From: Mobula hypostoma
Taxonomy: Eukaryota
DNA length: 64,000 nt
Reading direction: 5' to 3'
Assembly (NCBI RefSeq): GCF_963921235.1
Contig: NC_086097.1
Span: 74,402,001 to 74,466,000 of the forward strand
How positions within the stretch are numbered: position 1 is the stretch's first letter; each line of letters opens with the position of its first letter. The translations under genes and the position numbers were made by a program. The notes under the pieces are model-generated. The model saw nothing but the letters and a program-made list of their open reading frames with translations. It ran no database searches and was not told where the DNA came from. Below are positions 62,765 through 64,000 of the stretch, piece by piece.

Positions 62765-63420
62765 TCATAAGACCATAAGACATAGGAGCAGAATTAGGCC
62801 ATCTGGCCCATTGAATCTACTCCGCCATTCAATCATAGCTGATCCTTTTTCTTTATCTCCTCCTCAACCCCATTTCCTGGCCTTCTTCCTGAAACCTTTG
62901 ATGCCATGTCCAATCAAGAGCCTATCAATCTCTGCCTTAAATACACCCAACAACCTGGCCACCACAGCTGCATGTGGCAATAAATTCCACAAATTTACCA
63001 CCCTTTGGCTGAAGAAATTTCTCCATATCTCTGTTTTGAAAGGGTGCCCCTCTATCCTGAGGCTGTGCCCTCTTGTCCTAGACTCTCCCACCATGAGAAA
63101 CATCCTTTCTACATCTACTCTCTCTAGGCCTTTCAACATTTGAAAGGTTTCAATGAGATCCTCCCTTATCCTTCTGAATTCCAGCGAGTACAGATCCAGA
63201 TCCATCAAACATTCCTCGTACGATAACTCTTTCATTCCTGGAATCATCTTTGTGAACCTCCTCTGGACCCTCTCCAATGCCAGCACATCTTTTCTAAGAT
63301 GAGGAGTCCAGAACTGTTCACAATATTCAAGGTGAGTCCTCACTAGTGCCTTATTAAGCCTCAGTATCACATCCTTGCTCTTGTATTCCAGAGCTCTTGA
63401 AATGAATGCTAATGTGGCTC
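62765..63420 (-). mobile_element. CR1 LINE 3' end with an open C-terminal frame
   Basis: ORF 62864-63436 contains LVRTHLEYC...LERVQRRFTKMIPG...SRTRGHSLRI...FFSQRVVNLWNLLP. Confidence 0.95.
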
Positions 63421-63649
63421 CTTCTGTGTAGTACAATGTTAGTAATAACTCAACAATGTGAAAAATTGACCAGGTACATCTACTGACTTAAAGGAGGACA
63501 AGCCCGATCTGGCCATAGCAATCCATTCTCAATCATCATCAAAGTAATGGGAGGCTTCACTGATGATCATCAGTATGTGACTGGTGCTTATCAATGACCT
63601 GCCTACACTTTGGAGATTTTGTTTTGGACAACTTCACCCCAGACCTCAT

Positions 63650-64000
63650 CACAAGTTTTAACAATCATAAACCATAGAGCTGAATTCCTTAGGTGAAGCG
63701 AGGGTGACTGCCCTTGACATTTGATTGAGAAGGGTCATCTAGAACCCAGAAATAAGTGGATACTGAGGGGAAACCCCTCCAACAAGTGATAGTCTAAACT
63801 CTTCCCTTGGCACTAAAATCAATATCACCAAGTCCCTCACCTTTGACCAAAAACATAATTGGAGTGTTTAGCTACAAAACAAAATCAAGTCAGATGCTGG
63901 GTGCAATGCAACATGTGACACTCGTAAACCTTTTGATCATCTACAAGGCATGTCAAGAGTATTATAGAACTCTGTCCACTTGCAGCCCCAACAACACTCA
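63650..64000 (+). mobile_element. Old CR1-group LINE remnant
   Basis: ggtgaagcgagggtgactgcccttgacatt (GEARVTALDI) and atctacaaggcatgtcaagagtattatagaactctgtccact (IYKA...S...E.CP-like). Confidence 0.45.

Overview
This is eukaryotic, AT-rich, repeat-dense vertebrate DNA. The repeat repertoire (CR1 LINEs, Rex1/Babar, V-domain tRNA-derived SINEs, Penelope-like elements) suggests a cartilaginous fish, probably a ray; this is an inference. I recognise no intact host gene, and nearly every ORF in the track that resembles a protein is a retroelement fragment. About half of the window is nested, mostly decayed transposable elements: CR1, Rex1/Babar, L2, RTE, a HERO-clade element with a restriction-like endonuclease, two Gypsy/Mag-type LTR relics, V-SINEs and a Tc1-like MITE. 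The most notable signal is a family of at least 12 Penelope-like (GIY-YIG) 3'-end copies, about 10 of which retain a recognisable minimal type-I hammerhead ribozyme (consensus CAGUC-CUGANGA-A-GGGUCUCGGCCC-GAAAC-GUC-GACUG). Several have 12-15 bp target-site duplications, and two are palindromic insertions. Also notable are an RTE insertion with twin-priming inversion geometry, a ~200 bp locally templated insertion inside a dead CR1, a teleost-like L2 fragment, one candidate minus-strand exon, and TE-poor stretches that may hold regulatory elements. Element boundaries were read by eye and are approximate unless a TSD is given.
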